From the NCBI GenBank assembly GCA_951406725.2, contig OX597822.1, forward strand, positions 23,684,001-23,748,000: 64,000 nt of DNA, in the 5' to 3' direction. This stretch comes from Octopus vulgaris (lineage: Eukaryota). A model generated the notes under the pieces. The model did no database searches and had not been told where the DNA came from. It worked only from the letters and a program-made list of their open reading frames with translations. Below, in pieces: positions 28,581-43,074 of this stretch. Numbering within the stretch: the stretch's first letter is position 1; each line of letters begins with the position of its first letter. A program made the position numbers and the translations under genes.

Positions 28581-28990
28581 AGGCGGCGAGCTGGTAGAAT
28601 CGTTAGCACGCCGGGCAAAATGCGTAGCCGTATTTCATCTGCCGCTACGTTCTGAGTTTAAATTCCGCCGTGGTCGACTTTGCCTTTCATCCTTTCGGGA
28701 TCGATAAATTAAGTACCAGTTACGCATTGGGGTCGATATAATCGACTTAATCTGTTTGTCTGTCCTTGTTTGTCTTCTCTGTGTTTAGCCCCTTGTGGGT
28801 AGTAAAGAAATAGAAATAGGTATTTCGTCTGTCTCTCCGCTCTGAGTTCAAATTTCGCCGAGGTCGACTTTGTCTTTCATCCTTTCGGGGTCGATAAATT
28901 AGGTACCAGCTGCGTACTGAGGTCGATGTGATCGAGGTACCCCCTCCCTAAAAAATGTTGGGCCTTATGTCTAGAGTAGAAAAGATTATA
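28581..28990 (+). mobile_element. Dimeric family A SINE
   Basis: A full copy followed directly by a 5'-truncated copy with the alternative 3' tail. Confidence 0.85.
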
Positions 28991-30126
28991 ATGCTAAATT
29001 TCCTCCCTTCATTTGTTCACTACGGCATGTGTCGCTCCACCTAGAGGAACGCTTCTCCCCCCATCTATTAGGTTTTCGCCTATGTTTCGATTATTTGCCT
29101 TATTCGTGAAGCAACGCCTGCTGGAATTGGTGAGGTTGTTTTATTTTAGGCTCTTGTACGAGTTTCGAACTCAGAACGCAGAAAACTAAAACAAATACTG
29201 CAACGCATCTGGTCTAAAAGTCTAGCAGTCCTACCATTTCACTACCCTGGATTTGTATCGTTTTTATCGACCTTACAAAAATAAAAGGCAACGCTGACCA
29301 CGCCGGAATTCGAACGCAGAAAGTTGGAACGAATACCAAGGGGCATCTGGTCAGACATTCTTACAGTACCACCAGCCAATCGCTCTGGGCTTATACTTTT
29401 TTTATTATATCCCTCTAGCAAACGCAGAATGTCGGGAAAAAATACCGCAAGACATCCATTCCAATGGTTGCCCAGTTACGCCAATCCACTGCCCTGGAGT
29501 AATATATATTTATCGACCCCGAAAAGATAAAATGCAAAATAGATGGTAACAGGATTTGAACTCAAAGTGCAGTATTGGAACAAAAAAACCTGTGAAATTT
29601 TGTCCTACGATTTAACAATACTGGCAACACGTTGCCTTTTCCGTTAAAATTTATATAATATTGTTGCCTTTTCCGTTAAAAACATATAATATTGTTACTA
29701 AATTTCAGTATACCATTATAACATTGTGTTGCGTTAGTATAACAGGATAATATTAGTATACCGATATCACATTGTTACTTAATATTAAAACTTTATTGTA
29801 ATGTTGTTTGGTTTTCTTTTTAATAAAAGCGGATTAACGGAAAACTTGACAATCTAATGCTATGTAATGTGTATGTGTGCGTGTGTGCGTGTGTGTGTGT
29901 GCACGCGCGTGTCTGTATTCAGACTAAACATCAATACGTTTATACACAACACTTTCAAATAAACTCCTGCATATGTTTGACTAAACGCCAACATATGTTC
30001 AAATACTACGCTTTCAGATATTCGACAAAACTCTAATATTTTGTCAAATACCAGCGTATGTCCAAATGAAACGCCTTCAAATGTCAAGCTAATTACCACC
30101 TGATGTTCAGTTAAACACCGACATAT

Positions 30127-30280
30127 ATTTTTCTTTATTACCCACAAGGGGCTAAACACAGAGGGGACAAACAAGGACAGACATAGGTATTAAGTCGATT
30201 CCATCGACCCCAGTGCGTAACTGGTACTTAATTTATCGACCCCGAAATGATGAAAGGCAAAGTCGACCTCGGCGGAATTT
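30127..30280 (-). mobile_element. 5'-truncated family A SINE with 16-bp TSD
   Basis: ttaaacaccgacatat at 30111-30126 and 30281-30296. Confidence 0.9.
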
Positions 30281-31126
30281 TTAAACACCGACATATGTTC
30301 AGCAAAGCACCATCAGATGTTCAGCTAAACATTCCAACTTCAGATGTTCAAACAAAACATCAGCCGTATCAATCGTCGTCAAAGTAAGTCTCTCTGTAGT
30401 TGTTTGACTGTTGGACAGAAAAACGAGATCTCCCTGAAATCCAAATCCTTTTCACATCATTCTAAAACAACGAACAAAACATATTGAACAATGTGAACCT
30501 AGGTCATATTATCTGAATAAATAACGAGATGGTAACAACATGAAAAACTTTGATCATATTTATGCACACTTATGGCCGACCTAAACAACAATTTTAACAT
30601 TCAAGCCGGGATCAATCTGTAATGATCCTGTACACATTTCCCACCTTGTCTGATTAACTTACTATACAAATTCTAAGCTATTCACAGAACAGAGTGTTAC
30701 CCACTTAATAATAAACAAAGCTTCCATTCAGAAACAGGCTATACGAGTTTTGCCCTAGTATTGAAATGCATTGTGTGTCTAGTTTTTTTTCTTCTTGTAT
30801 CTTTTATCTGTTACATAGCGAATTTCTGCTCACTTTAAATTGTTCTGCTCATATTGCTTCCAATTAAACCATCGAGATATGGTGCTTATCCTTTAGCACT
30901 CGTACCTTATTTTACATTTCGAATAACACACATTATAAGCTCTTTGCAGAAAATGTTTTAGTTCTACAGCGAAAGCTTTCATAAGTTTGAACACCTGGCG
31001 GTGTTGAGTCGTGTTTGAACATATATTGATGTTTAACTGAACGTATGTTGGCGTTTAGTTTGAACATATGAAGGCGTTGTGTTTGAACTTGTGTTGGTAT
31101 TTAGCTGAACACATGTTGGTATTTGT

Positions 31127-31425
31127 GGAGGCACAATGGTCCAGTGGTTAGGACAGTGGACTCGCGGTCGGAGGATTGCGGTTTCGATTCCTAGACCGGG
31201 TGTTGTGTGTGCTTATTGAGCGAAAACACGTAAAAGCTCCACGAGGCTCTGGCAGGGGGTGGTGACAACCCCTGTTGTACTCTTTCGCCACAACTTTCTT
31301 TCACTCTCTCTTCCTGTTTCTTGAGTAACGCTGCGATGAACTGGCATCCCGTCCAGTGGGAGGGGAACACATACGCCACAGAAACCGAGAAACCGTGAGC
31401 CTGGCTAGGCCTGAAAAGGGCGACG
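31127..31425 (+). mobile_element. Family C SINE (V-domain-like tail)
   Basis: ggaggcacaatggtccagtggttagg...gctgcgatgaactggcatcccgtccag. Confidence 0.85.
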
Positions 31426-31984
31426 TTTTTTATGTTGGTGTTTAGTTAAACATATAGCTGTATCATTCCTTGACTATGTCTTTCCTTTCAATCACTAACA
31501 TACATAAAATTGGATGATAATCCCATCAAAATGAACCACTTCATCCCTACATTTTTATTTCTCAACCAACTAAGGTATAGTAAAGATATGGGCGCTTCTG
31601 TGTTTTCTTAGATAGGGATTGGAGTCACAGCACACTGTATCTTAAAGTGAACAACCTTGTGTCATTATGTTCGCTTATAAAAGTTAAAATTTGGCCCATT
31701 AGGCCGGAAATTGTCTTGAGTTCCTTTGGCGTTTATACGACTGAGAAAACATGACCACCTCCTGGTGGAGACATCAGTCACCGCAGTTAGGAAGAGCAAA
31801 AGCTTTTCATTAATATTTATTGGTATATGGAGGTGAGTTATGATATTTTGCTAATATGAAAACCACGCATCTAACTGTCTTTCTGTCCAGTACTTTCTTC
31901 AGTCACAAAATCTTCGTTTGTTGTTTAACCCCAGGTCAGTTTTGATCAAGTAAGCACATGCTCAAGAACATTTTAGCCATGGCA

Positions 31985-32310
31985 AACTCGGCACGTGGTT
32001 TAGCGGTTAGGACATTCGGCTCACGATCGTAAGCCGTGAGTTCGATTCCCGGCGGCGCGTTGTGTCCTTGAGCAACACACTTTATTTTAAGCTGCTCCAG
32101 ACCATTCAGCAGGCAAAAAATAAGTTGTACTTGTATTTCAAAGGGCCAGCCTTGTCACACTCTGTGTCACGCTGAATATCTCTGAGAACTACGTTAAGGA
32201 TACGAGTGTCTGTGGAGTACTCAGCCACTTATATGATGATTTAACGAGCAAGATACTCCGTTGATTGGATCAACTGGGACTCTCGTATTCGTATCCGAAA
32301 GAGTGCCAGT
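31985..32310 (+). mobile_element. tRNA-derived SINE with a different head/middle but tail type 1
   Basis: Head gtggtttagcggttagg..gagttcgattccc and middle gtgtccttgagcaacacac; the tail is shared with 20699-21070. Confidence 0.8.
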
Positions 32311-32605
32311 TGAGAAATCTATGACATCATTCGGCATGTCCTCTCCTAAGACGGTGGGTACGTGCGTGTGATCTGAAGGAGGTTTAGCTACTATTTCTAG
32401 CAATATCGAACGACCATGTAGAGACTGCCGCGGTGGCTCAAGGGACTTGCCACGTTGGCTCGCATTAGATGGAGAAAATGTATTTGCTGAAACCAGTCAA
32501 TCTTCAATTGGATTGGCTTAATTCTGGCTCTGTTTAACATCACTGTCGAATCAAGTAAATTTACAGTGCAGTTCATGACAAGACATCAAATGCCAAACAA
32601 AAAGA

Positions 32606-32655
<50 letters not shown>

Positions 32656-33113
32656 CAACAACAACAATAAGGAAAATGAAATGAACAAAACAATGCGAAT
32701 AGCGACAACAATAACAATAGCAACAATAACAACAACAATAATAATTATTATTGTAGTTGTTGCTATTATAGTGATAACAATAAGGATAATAAATAATAGC
32801 AATAAAACTAATAATAATAATACTAATAATAACAATGACAATAATAATACCAGTAACAACAACAAATCAATCGGTTACTTGCGATGGAAAATACAAGAGA
32901 GTAAAATAAAATAAAATAAGATAAAATAAAATAAAATAAGATAAAATAAAATAAAATAAGATGAAATAAAGAATTCCAAGATGGTTTTCTCAATTCTATT
33001 TGACGACTTAGTATATTTATAGGAAATGAATTATTTGTGAATTGCTGCAGCACATCGTCTAAACTAAATGTTTTTCTTTTTTTCTCTCATTTTGTTTCTA
33101 CTTTGCCAATACG

Positions 33114-33258
<145 letters not shown>

Positions 33259-33363
33259 TACATACATACATATATGTATATATGTATATGTATATATATA
33301 AATATAAATATATATGTATAGATATATGTATGTGCGTATGCATATATAAATATGTATGTATGT

Positions 33364-33400
<37 letters not shown>

Positions 33401-33430
33401 TTATGTTTGTATATGTAAATGTAAATATTA

Positions 33431-33494
<64 letters not shown>

Positions 33495-33499
33495 GTATG

Positions 33500-33570
<71 letters not shown>

Positions 33571-33885
33571 ATATATATATGTTCTTTTACTTCCTACGTA
33601 AATAATAACTTTAATCCGTCATGTTGAAGTAATTTGATAACTGACATTTCACAAAACAATAAGCAAAGAAACTGGGAAGAAAATACAACAAAATAACGAA
33701 ATAAATTAAAGAACAATAAATGGTTTTGTTTGTGTTTTCTTATTATTTTCCTTTACGCGTGACATTGATAAAATGCAATCTGCACTTGTAATTCAAAAGT
33801 GTCGGTCACACAAGCACACAGCAATGACGACGACGACGACGACGATGATGATGGTGATGATGATGATGGTGGTGATGATGATTTC

Positions 33886-33941
<56 letters not shown>

Positions 33942-33945
<4 letters not shown>

Positions 33946-34190
33946 TCTACTGGAAGCACAAGGCCTCATATGTGGGGGAAGAGATTAAGTCGATTACATC
34001 GACCCCAGTGCGTAACTGGTACCTAATTTATCGACCCCGAAAGAATGAAAGGCAAAGTCGACTTCGGCGGAATTTGAACTCAGAAACAAAGTCGACCTCG
34101 GTAGAATTTGAACTCATAACGTAAAGACGGACGAAATGCTGCTATGCATTTTGCCTGGCGTGCTAACGATTCTGCCAGTTCGCCGCCTTA
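33942..34190 (-). mobile_element. Family A SINE ending in (TTA)n
   Basis: Reverse-complement family A sequence with a short internal duplication (aaagtcgac..gaatttgaactca twice). Confidence 0.85.
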
Positions 34191-34420
34191 ACTAATTTTA
34201 ACAAAAAATATCGTTTTCGAAAATTAAAAATAGTATATATATTTAATTAGTGTAATTATCATAATTATAGCCAGTAATTTATGAAAAAAACATTACTGAA
34301 GTAGTTGATTGCCAACTTAAGTAGATTTTCTGCTGCTGTTTGCAGCAGCCGTAAATTCTCGCCGTTACACCACACTATGCAATGGCGGTAGAAGGGTCCT
34401 ATCAGCCAACATAGAAATAG

Positions 34421-34860
34421 AGGACGAGAGGGTTTATATAAATCTGATGAAACGAATTATCTCAATGCTAGACATTAAATAAATGACCAAAGTTATGCTG
34501 TGAGGAAGTAAAATTATATCCCGGACAGTGGAGGTAGGAGAAATCTCATAGCATTGAATAAAATGGTTGTAGACAAGAGGGTTTATATAAATTCAGATGA
34601 AACGAATTTTGTCTGATGTCAGGCATTTGATAAGTGATCGCTGTAATGTTTTAAAGAGACTAGGGAGAAAGGGAGTTTATATAAAATCTGATGAAACGAG
34701 TTTTCCCTTGTGTCAGACATTTAATAAGTGACTGGTGTTATCTTTCAAAGAGGTAGTAGACAAGATGGTTTATATGAATTCTGATGAAACGAATTCTGTC
34801 TGAGGTCAAATAATTTAATATGTGACTTGTGTTACGTCATGTGGAAGGAGAATTATTTCA
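34421..34860. repeat. Degenerate tandem repeat, 4 units (about 93-94 bp)
   Basis: gtttatat..aat(c)tgatgaaacga recurs at 34432, 34581, 34675 and 34768. Confidence 0.8.
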
Positions 34861-35126
34861 CATATAACAAACTGTAACACAATATATGTGGTTCGATAAC
34901 ATGAAGTTGAGCTAGAAATGATTAGAATCAAATGAATCTAAACTATGTAGTTTTGTGTTCGAATCCTCTGAGAAAAGTATGTTAATCAAGATTTATATTC
35001 CTTCTGGTTAAATTTATGAAAAACTAATTTTCTTGTTTTTGTTGTTTAGACCCAGCACAGCTTGTAGGAGCTCTATTGGCCCATGCATCTGCACATGATC
35101 GTCAGGACTGGCAAAATGTTTTTGAG

Positions 35127-35525
35127 AGGAGTGGCTGTGTGGTAAGTAGCTTGCTTACGAACCACATGGTTTCGGGTTCAGTCCCACTGCGTGGCACTTC
35201 TACTATAGCATCGGGCCGACCAAAGCCTTCTGAGTGGATTTGGTAGACGGAAATTGAAAGAAGCCCGTCGTATATATGTATATATATATATGTGTGTGTG
35301 TGCGTATATGTTTGTGTGTCTATGTTTCCCCCCCCCCCCAACATCGCGTGACAACCGATGCTGGTGTGTTTACGTCCCCGTAACTTAGCGGCTCAACAAA
35401 AGAGACCGATAGAATAAGTACTAGGTTTACAAAGAATAAGTCCTGGGGTCGATTTGCTCGACTAAAGGCGGTGCTGCAGCATGGCCTCAGTCACATGACT
35501 GAAACAAGTAAAAGCGTAAAAGAGT
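35127..35525 (+). mobile_element. Full-length family B SINE
   Basis: tRNA head, internal TA/TG tract and gtaaaa(g/c)gtaaaagagt tail. Confidence 0.9.
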
Positions 35526-36454
35526 TCCCAATATAAACAAGTTTCTACTTAATGCTACTGATGTTTATTCAAAGGAAAGGACGCTGATTTGGGGCGACAC
35601 AGCTTGGCACTAGTGTCGATGCAAGTGTTGTGGTCAGAAACGCAAAAGGCCAGAACAGGTGTGGTAAACCGTCTCGCCCGACTAGTCCACCATCATGGAT
35701 GGGTTCTTTTTAACGATCCCGAAAAGATAATAATCGCGGTTGGTATGGGAGAGATTTGAACTCAGACACTGACAGTTGGCTTACAGGCATTGGTAAATTA
35801 GATACAACTCTGTCACAGTAATTAAGCGTTATTTCCTCTGTTTTCCTCAGACATTCCAAGGATATTCTAAATTTCAGTAAAATCTATGGAATAATATATT
35901 AACATATAACAGAGAGCTCTATTCATGGTAGAAGTATGACCGTTTAGTTTTCTTGTAGAGGGATACACAAACCATTATGTGCAGTTTCTAAGAGACAAAG
36001 ATATCTACTGCGCATTTAGAGTGAGAATAGCCTTGTTGAGAATATTCCTTGTATTTAGTTAAATCATTTCCTCTTCACGGAGCCTGCAGATAAACCAGGA
36101 TATAGAGATCAAGTCTGCTTTGCTTTTGATCCTGAAGAAGTTCATGTGATGAACATTCCCTCGAAATCAATGACTGTAAGTCTTGTTACAAGGACGTCTT
36201 CAGTACAAGCTGTGCGAAAGACAAAGTTTACTTCAGCAGACTTTGAGCTCTGAGCAGGGAGAGTCGAAATGAATCCAGTAAAACATTCCATCCGAAACTG
36301 AGCTAATTCTTCTGACTGAGCTGATTCTTCCACCTTAATTCATTCCATCCATCCATCCATCCATCCATCCATCCATACATGCATACATAATCAAAAGTGA
36401 GAAGCAACAGCATCTTCAGAGTTGGAGAAGAACTACCACTAAATCTCCACGTTG

Positions 36455-37040
36455 AGATACATAATGTCGGCTCTGCTATACCAGTGTGGAAGATATCACC
36501 CACATCATCATCAGCTACCTCCAAACGGCTACGAGATACTATCTACCCCTGAAGTATGATATAGTTTCAAATATTATTTACAATGCTATTCGTAGGAACG
36601 ACTCTCCTGACGTATACATCGAAGGCATGTCAGAACCAGCAGGTATCCACACATTCAAAAACAAAGAATACTGGTAGAACACTCCTACCCCCAAAAGCCA
36701 TGAATTCGATGCAAACATAACAGACCTGATATTGTTCTATGGGACAGGGGACAAAAGTCATGCACTGTTGTAGGGGTCAGATGCCCAGCGGACGTAAATG
36801 TACAATCAAATGTCCAGGAAAACGAGAACAATTATGGTCAATTAATGCGGGACTTACAGTTCTGGTACCCTGACTATGAATTCTCATTTGTATCCATCAT
36901 CTTAGGGGCATAGGGTTACGTATCGACAAACTTGCACAATAAACTAGAAACACTTGGTTTCACGGAAAAAGAGACGTGGTCTCTCCAAATCCATAGTGGC
37001 AGAGTGAAGATTTGTAAGACGTACCAGAAATTCTCCACCT
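36455..37040 (+). pseudogene. 3' fragment of an R4/Dong- or NeSL-like RLE LINE
   Basis: CRLCYTSVEDITHII (zinc knuckle), KHNRPDIVLWD and CPADVNV...ENNYGQL...IILGA; contains stops and frameshifts. Confidence 0.7.
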
Positions 37041-37241
37041 GAGATTCTTATGTGAGCAGATGCACACACTTTGGTGTATTATGCAGCGACAGTTCAACCA
37101 ACACACCAACTCAACCACACATTTAAAAACACCAGAAACTCTCTTGGCTCAAAAAGCCTTGTTGCTTTTTTACCAACCGGCTTGAAACTCTCTCAAGAAG
37201 AACTTAGACTAAACTCAAAGAAAAATCACACATGCACACAT

Positions 37242-37553
37242 GGAGGCGCAATGGCCCAGTGGTTAGGGCAGCGGACTCGCGGTCGTAGGATCGCGGTTTC
37301 GATTCCCGAACCGGGCGTTGTGAGTGTTTGTTGAGCGAAAACACCTAAAGCTCCACGAGGCTCCGGCAGGGGGTGGTGGCGATCCCTGCTGTACTCTTTC
37401 GCCGCAACTTTCTCTCAGTCCTTCTTCTGTTGGCCTGTTCGCTTAGCCAGCGGGGTGGCGTCATTTGAAGGCTAAAACAACAATGCGAAGCGCATTGTGA
37501 CCAGTGATGTGTAGCAACATCTGATAGCCTGGTTGGTCACGTGATCACGTGAT
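37242..37553 (+). mobile_element. Family C SINE (tail type 3)
   Basis: Family C head, then gcttagccagcggggtggcgtc...ggtcacgtgatcacgtga. Confidence 0.85.
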
Positions 37554-37841
37554 ATATATATACACAAGCATAATCTACAAATATATAAACTATTCTTTTA
37601 ATGGGTTATTTCTCCGACACAAGACGTGCTCATGCAACACTACCCTCGGAATATGTACATGACTAAAGAAGTAAAAACGTATAGACTGTAAAGTACAATA
37701 ATCTATACTATTTACAGTAGATCCTTATAAAGGGGGGCGACATAGGTGCAGTTTATGGTAAAATGAAGCACTGCAAATCCTTACGGCTGGAGACAGCATT
37801 CTTGATAATAGAGAAGAGACAATCATTAACTGCTTACTGGG

Positions 37842-37917
<76 letters not shown>

Positions 37918-37941
37918 GTGTGTGCGTGCGTGTGAATGTGC

Positions 37942-38002
<61 letters not shown>

Positions 38003-38343
38003 TGCAAGTGTTTGTATACGTGCATGTTTCTGTATTGAGCATGCATTCGTGTATATATCCGTGTAAGTATATGTGCATGTATACGTATGTGAATCTCACT
38101 ATACGTATCTTCAATATTTGAAACATACCAATTGTCTGATTGGTACTATGCAATGTGTCTTTTGGGTTCGTCCCACAAACTCTAAGATGACCCTCTCATT
38201 CCATTATATTCTTGTATATTTCTGTTATATTTTTTCCCAATTTACTTTCCAATAATGGAAAGTAGATGTGTTTATCAGTCTTCAATCCATGGTGTTTTTT
38301 AAACCAACAAAACACTTTCTTTTGTCAGTTTTACTGCCCTCCA

Positions 38344-38411
<68 letters not shown>

Positions 38412-38579
38412 TTCTTTCTTCTTTTTGACATATTTCCTTTCTCCCTTTTCCCTTCATCTTGCTTCCCTTCATAACTCTCTCTAGTATTTATTTATTTATT
38501 TATTTACTTATTTATCATTGATTATTCACTTTATATACATTTTCGATTTTATATGCTTACCACAGTCTATTATAGGATT

Positions 38580-38633
<54 letters not shown>

Positions 38634-39227
38634 TTTCTTTCTTTCAATTACAGTTCTCTCCTCACTTTTTCTCCTCTTTCCATCTCTCCTATTTCCATTT
38701 CTCTATGTCATTTGCTTTCTGTCTACTTCTCTCTCAACACACTTTTAAAACGTTTTGCCATCTGTCCAAATTTAGACATTTCTTCTCTACCATTACGCAA
38801 AAAAAAAAGTGTTCCCCTGATGATCCGTTGCGATTAAACATCCTATTGCACATGGAACATCCAATGCCATCATTCCAAGCAACTACAACGCTGAAACGTA
38901 AGTAGGGAACAAAAGATACAAACTTCGGTTTATCGTAATTTCCCCTGCATTTGCTCTGTATATCACAGCTAGTTATACTACAAAATATAGTAGTAACTTA
39001 AACACTATACTAAAAACCAAACTGAATGATGGAGATCAAGGTGGAAATCCCAAATCTACAACAGCAGTCTTACCTCTAGCTGTACACACAATGTATACAA
39101 CATTTTTTTATCGACTAATCTTAACTGATGATGCTTACAGTCATAGTCAAAACTAGATCTAACCTGAGAAGCTTCGAAGCGGTCATGGGGCGGTTGATCG
39201 GGAAGGGCATTCGCCCCCTTTTTGTTG

Positions 39228-39276
<49 letters not shown>

Positions 39277-39548
39277 GACTAATAAGTAGATAGATAGATG
39301 GATAGATAGATCAATTTTACAGAAAGCAAAAGACGAAGACAAGTAAAGGAACAAGATGCAGGTGTATTAGTTTGATACTCGGGAAGAAAGGAGAAGTCTT
39401 TAACGTTTCGAGCCTTCGTTCTTCGGCAGTAAGTGAAGAGAGGAAAAAAAATGGAGAGGAAACGAAATAGTAAAAACGGAGAGAGAAAAAGCGTGTAGGG
39501 ATTAACGTATCAACAGGGTGAAATGACCCTAGACAGACAGACAGACAA

Positions 39549-39636
<88 letters not shown>

Positions 39637-39844
39637 CTATGTTTGTGTGTTATTTTCTTGTATATATTTCTGTGTTGTATACATAGAAGTAAATCTTTCG
39701 GACATAATAAATCATTTAGAATTTCTCCATTAGCAAATAAGCAGTTTTCATATTCGTTTTCGTTATTGTTGCTATTTATTTGTTCATCAAGAGTTGGTGC
39801 GAAAATTTAATCATTTTCAATACAGAACAAAATTATATATTACT

Positions 39845-39987
39845 GTTCTATATTTAAGAGATGAGGAATTATGTACATTAATTACATTATTTACAATTGA
39901 CGGATATTTGTCCTCATCTTGTTTGTTGTTAACACAACGTTTTGGCTGATATACTCTCCAGCCTTGGGGAAATTTCGAACCTGGGTT

Positions 39988-39990
<3 letters not shown>
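39845..39990 (-). mobile_element. Second copy of the hammerhead-SINE tail (core deleted)
   Basis: Homologous to 21098-21257. The 13 nt containing the CUGANGA box are missing between ctt direct repeats; it abuts (CAT)n. Confidence 0.75.
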
Positions 39991-40027
<37 letters not shown>

Positions 40028-40039
40028 GTCGTCGTCGTT

Positions 40040-40098
<59 letters not shown>

Positions 40099-40358
40099 TA
40101 TTATTATTATATGGATAAATATATATACATACATACACAAATATATATACATACGTACACAAATAATAGAAAGTCCTTGGTACAATATTATTTGAAAAAA
40201 TTGAATAGAAATGGCTTTTCAGATAATTTTTCCACCTTAGTAATTAGATGTTTGTAAGTTATTAGGTGTTAAACAACCAATAACTTATAAACATATAGTT
40301 ATTAAAGTGGAAAGCATTTTCAGAAAATTATTTCTATTCATTTTTTCAAATATATATA

Positions 40359-41196
40359 TCTCTATATTATAAATCTGAAATGCGAAAAGTTTGTTTGTTT
40401 GTCTGGTTTTGTCATTGAGAACGGGTTAAAGGCCACTAGATCCCGTCAGATTGACTCCAAAATTTACAGAGACATGTAAAATGAGACATGTAAAATGCTA
40501 GGGTCGAAAACGCACTTTGACAAGTCTACTCTCATTCTTTTATGTATCTGTCTTCCTCCATCACTCATTCTCTTTCTTCCCTTCCCATCACTTTCTATAT
40601 ATAACGTCGTTTCACAGCGTCTATCTCCCTTACCTTCACTAACTCTTTATGACGTCGTTTCACAGCGTCCTCAATCTCCCCCTCCTCCCCGCCTTCGACA
40701 GCGCTTTCACACACTCTCTATCTCTACGTCTGTCTGCATTCATAGAGAGAATTATCATCGCCACCACAACCACCACAACCACCACCACCACCACTACCAC
40801 CACACAATCATGAAAACAAATATTATGAATCAGATATTTTTGGGGTTAATTTATATATGTGTGTGTGTGTGTGTGTTCTATATATAAATATGTATATATA
40901 ATGTATATATACAAAGTGTATATATCTGTATTTATGTATATTAAACTTTTTAATACTTTTTGATAGTTATATATATTTTTAAAAAAATTATAAATATAAA
41001 TTAATAATTTAAATTTTAAATTTAAATAATTTAAATTTTTAAATTTTATATTTTATATATTTTGTACATTATATTTTTATTTTTATGTTTTGGGTTATGT
41101 TTTTCACTGTTTAATTTGCCTAATAGTGGTTTTATCTCTAATTTAATTTATATATATATATATAATTTGTGTACATTTGTATATATAATGCGTACA

Positions 41197-41246
<50 letters not shown>

Positions 41247-42107
41247 ATCCGTATATATATATAATGTGTGCATTATGTGGTCGGTTGTGCTGAAAATATG
41301 CACACCTATGTTAAAAGTGCTGGTGAGTTTGCATGGCAACTATTTTTTTCCTCAAATGAAAGGCGTGACCTCTAGGATAAAATTCCTCATCTTATAAAAT
41401 GTGGCCCCAGTAGACCCGAATGAAATCGGGTTATATTAACCAAAATGTGTCTAAATGGAGCTTGAAGGGGATTAAAAATTACAGGAGCGGGTGTTTAGGA
41501 ATTCTCTGTTACATGAAGCTAAAAAATTTGCCCCAGCCTTTTAATCGTCAATGTGTTGCCGTCCATGATGGAGAAGTTTTGAATGCTTGCCATGGTGAGT
41601 CTACTGTCGAGAGAAAGAATCACTTCAAAGCTTGGTGTTTAGGAATTTTCTTTTACATCAAGTTCAAAATTTTACGCCAGCCGTTAAACTGCCACTACGT
41701 TGCTGTCCGTCATTAAGAAATGCCAGCCATGGTGACTCTACTATCCTCAGATTCTATCCCTTCAAAATTTTTTAAATTTTTATTCAGCTCGCAAGTTCGT
41801 CTGTCCCTTTTAAATGTTAGTGTTTTGCTGTCTGCCTTGAAGCAGACCTTTCCGTTGTCACTGCCTGATATTTATGATTGATCTTTCAAAATATTTTACT
41901 TTCACAACTTACTCAAGATCTTTTGTTGTTTATAAATGGGAGAGAGATAGATAGAGAAAGATAGAGAGTAAGAGAAAGCGAGGGAGAGTCCGAGAGAAAG
42001 GAAGAGCAAGAGAGTGGGAAAGTGAGAGAGAAAGGAGAGAGAAACAAAGAGGGAGAATGTGGTGATAAAAAACAGAAAGTAAGAACCACACTCTTACCCG
42101 CGCGTAG
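40359..42107 (+). mobile_element. Non-autonomous Helitron, copy 2
   Basis: TC start; long high-identity match to 1622-3691; ends cccgcgcgtag, lacking the hairpin 3' arm and CTAG. Confidence 0.7.
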
Positions 42108-43074
42108 TATATATTTTATTAAACTTTTAATACTTTTGATATATAAAAAAAAAAAAAAAATAAATAAATAAATAAAATAATATATAAATATAAAAATATA
42201 CATACATACATATATATATATATATTTGTATATATATATATATATATATAAAATTTATAAGTTTAAATTATTTAAATAATTTTTTATTTTTAACTTTTAT
42301 ATTTCTAAATTAATTTTATGTATTGGCTTATGTTTTACACTGTTTGATTTGCCTAATAGTGGGTTTATCTCTAATTTAATATAATATGATATAATATATT
42401 TATACTATAAAATTGGATTTAATCCTAAATCTAATTTTCCCCTGTAAGTTTGGATTTATTATATATATATATATATAAAACAAAGTGAAGTTGTAAGATA
42501 CCGCACGAGTGGAAATGTATCGACAACCCGGGTAGAATTGTTACTGCACTAGACAAAAGGTTTAACAGTATTTCTTTAACAGATGTTTATTCACTTGTCA
42601 CCTAATACTTTTTCTGTGTATGTATTTTAATACTTTTGGGACAACCAGTACTTAACACAACAAAGCTTATACAAAGCTTTACATTTTACTTTTGACAATC
42701 TTTTTCTAAAAAAGTGAAACCGGTCAAGTGAATAAACATCATTAAAATTGCTTTTTCAAACCTTCTTCCATATATGTCTGCGCGCGCGCGCGCGTGTACT
42801 GGAGACATGTAAATGGAATAACGATTCTACAGAGAATTCGCACAGATTGGACACTTAACCATTGCACAAATGAGCCAAGAGGAAACGTGCCAGATATAGC
42901 AGCGAAATCTCCGCCTCAGGTCATACCCTACTGTCTTTAAATAAAACAATAAAGAAAAAGAAAACAAAAAAAACGAAGCCAAGAACATAAATTATTAGGC
43001 AGGTTCTATGTCGTATTTGTCTAAGCAAGTGACTTTATATAAGACCGTGTGTTGACGTAGAAGCATTTACATAA

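Larger units (their letters stand above)
29920..31457. repeat. Long inverted arms built from about 22-bp subrepeats (foldback-like)
   Basis: Left arm units resemble ctaaacaccaacatatgttcag (29920-30365); the right arm has reverse-complement units (30975-31457). Confidence 0.6.

Noticed and set aside
34421-34860. CRISPR-like or zinc-finger-coding array
   Set aside because: The inter-core sequences are homologous rather than unique spacers, the context is eukaryotic, and no C2H2 frame is maintained.
36142-36333. Protein-like 63-aa ORF (possible exon)
   Set aside because: The minus-strand nucleotides align with a degenerate family A SINE.
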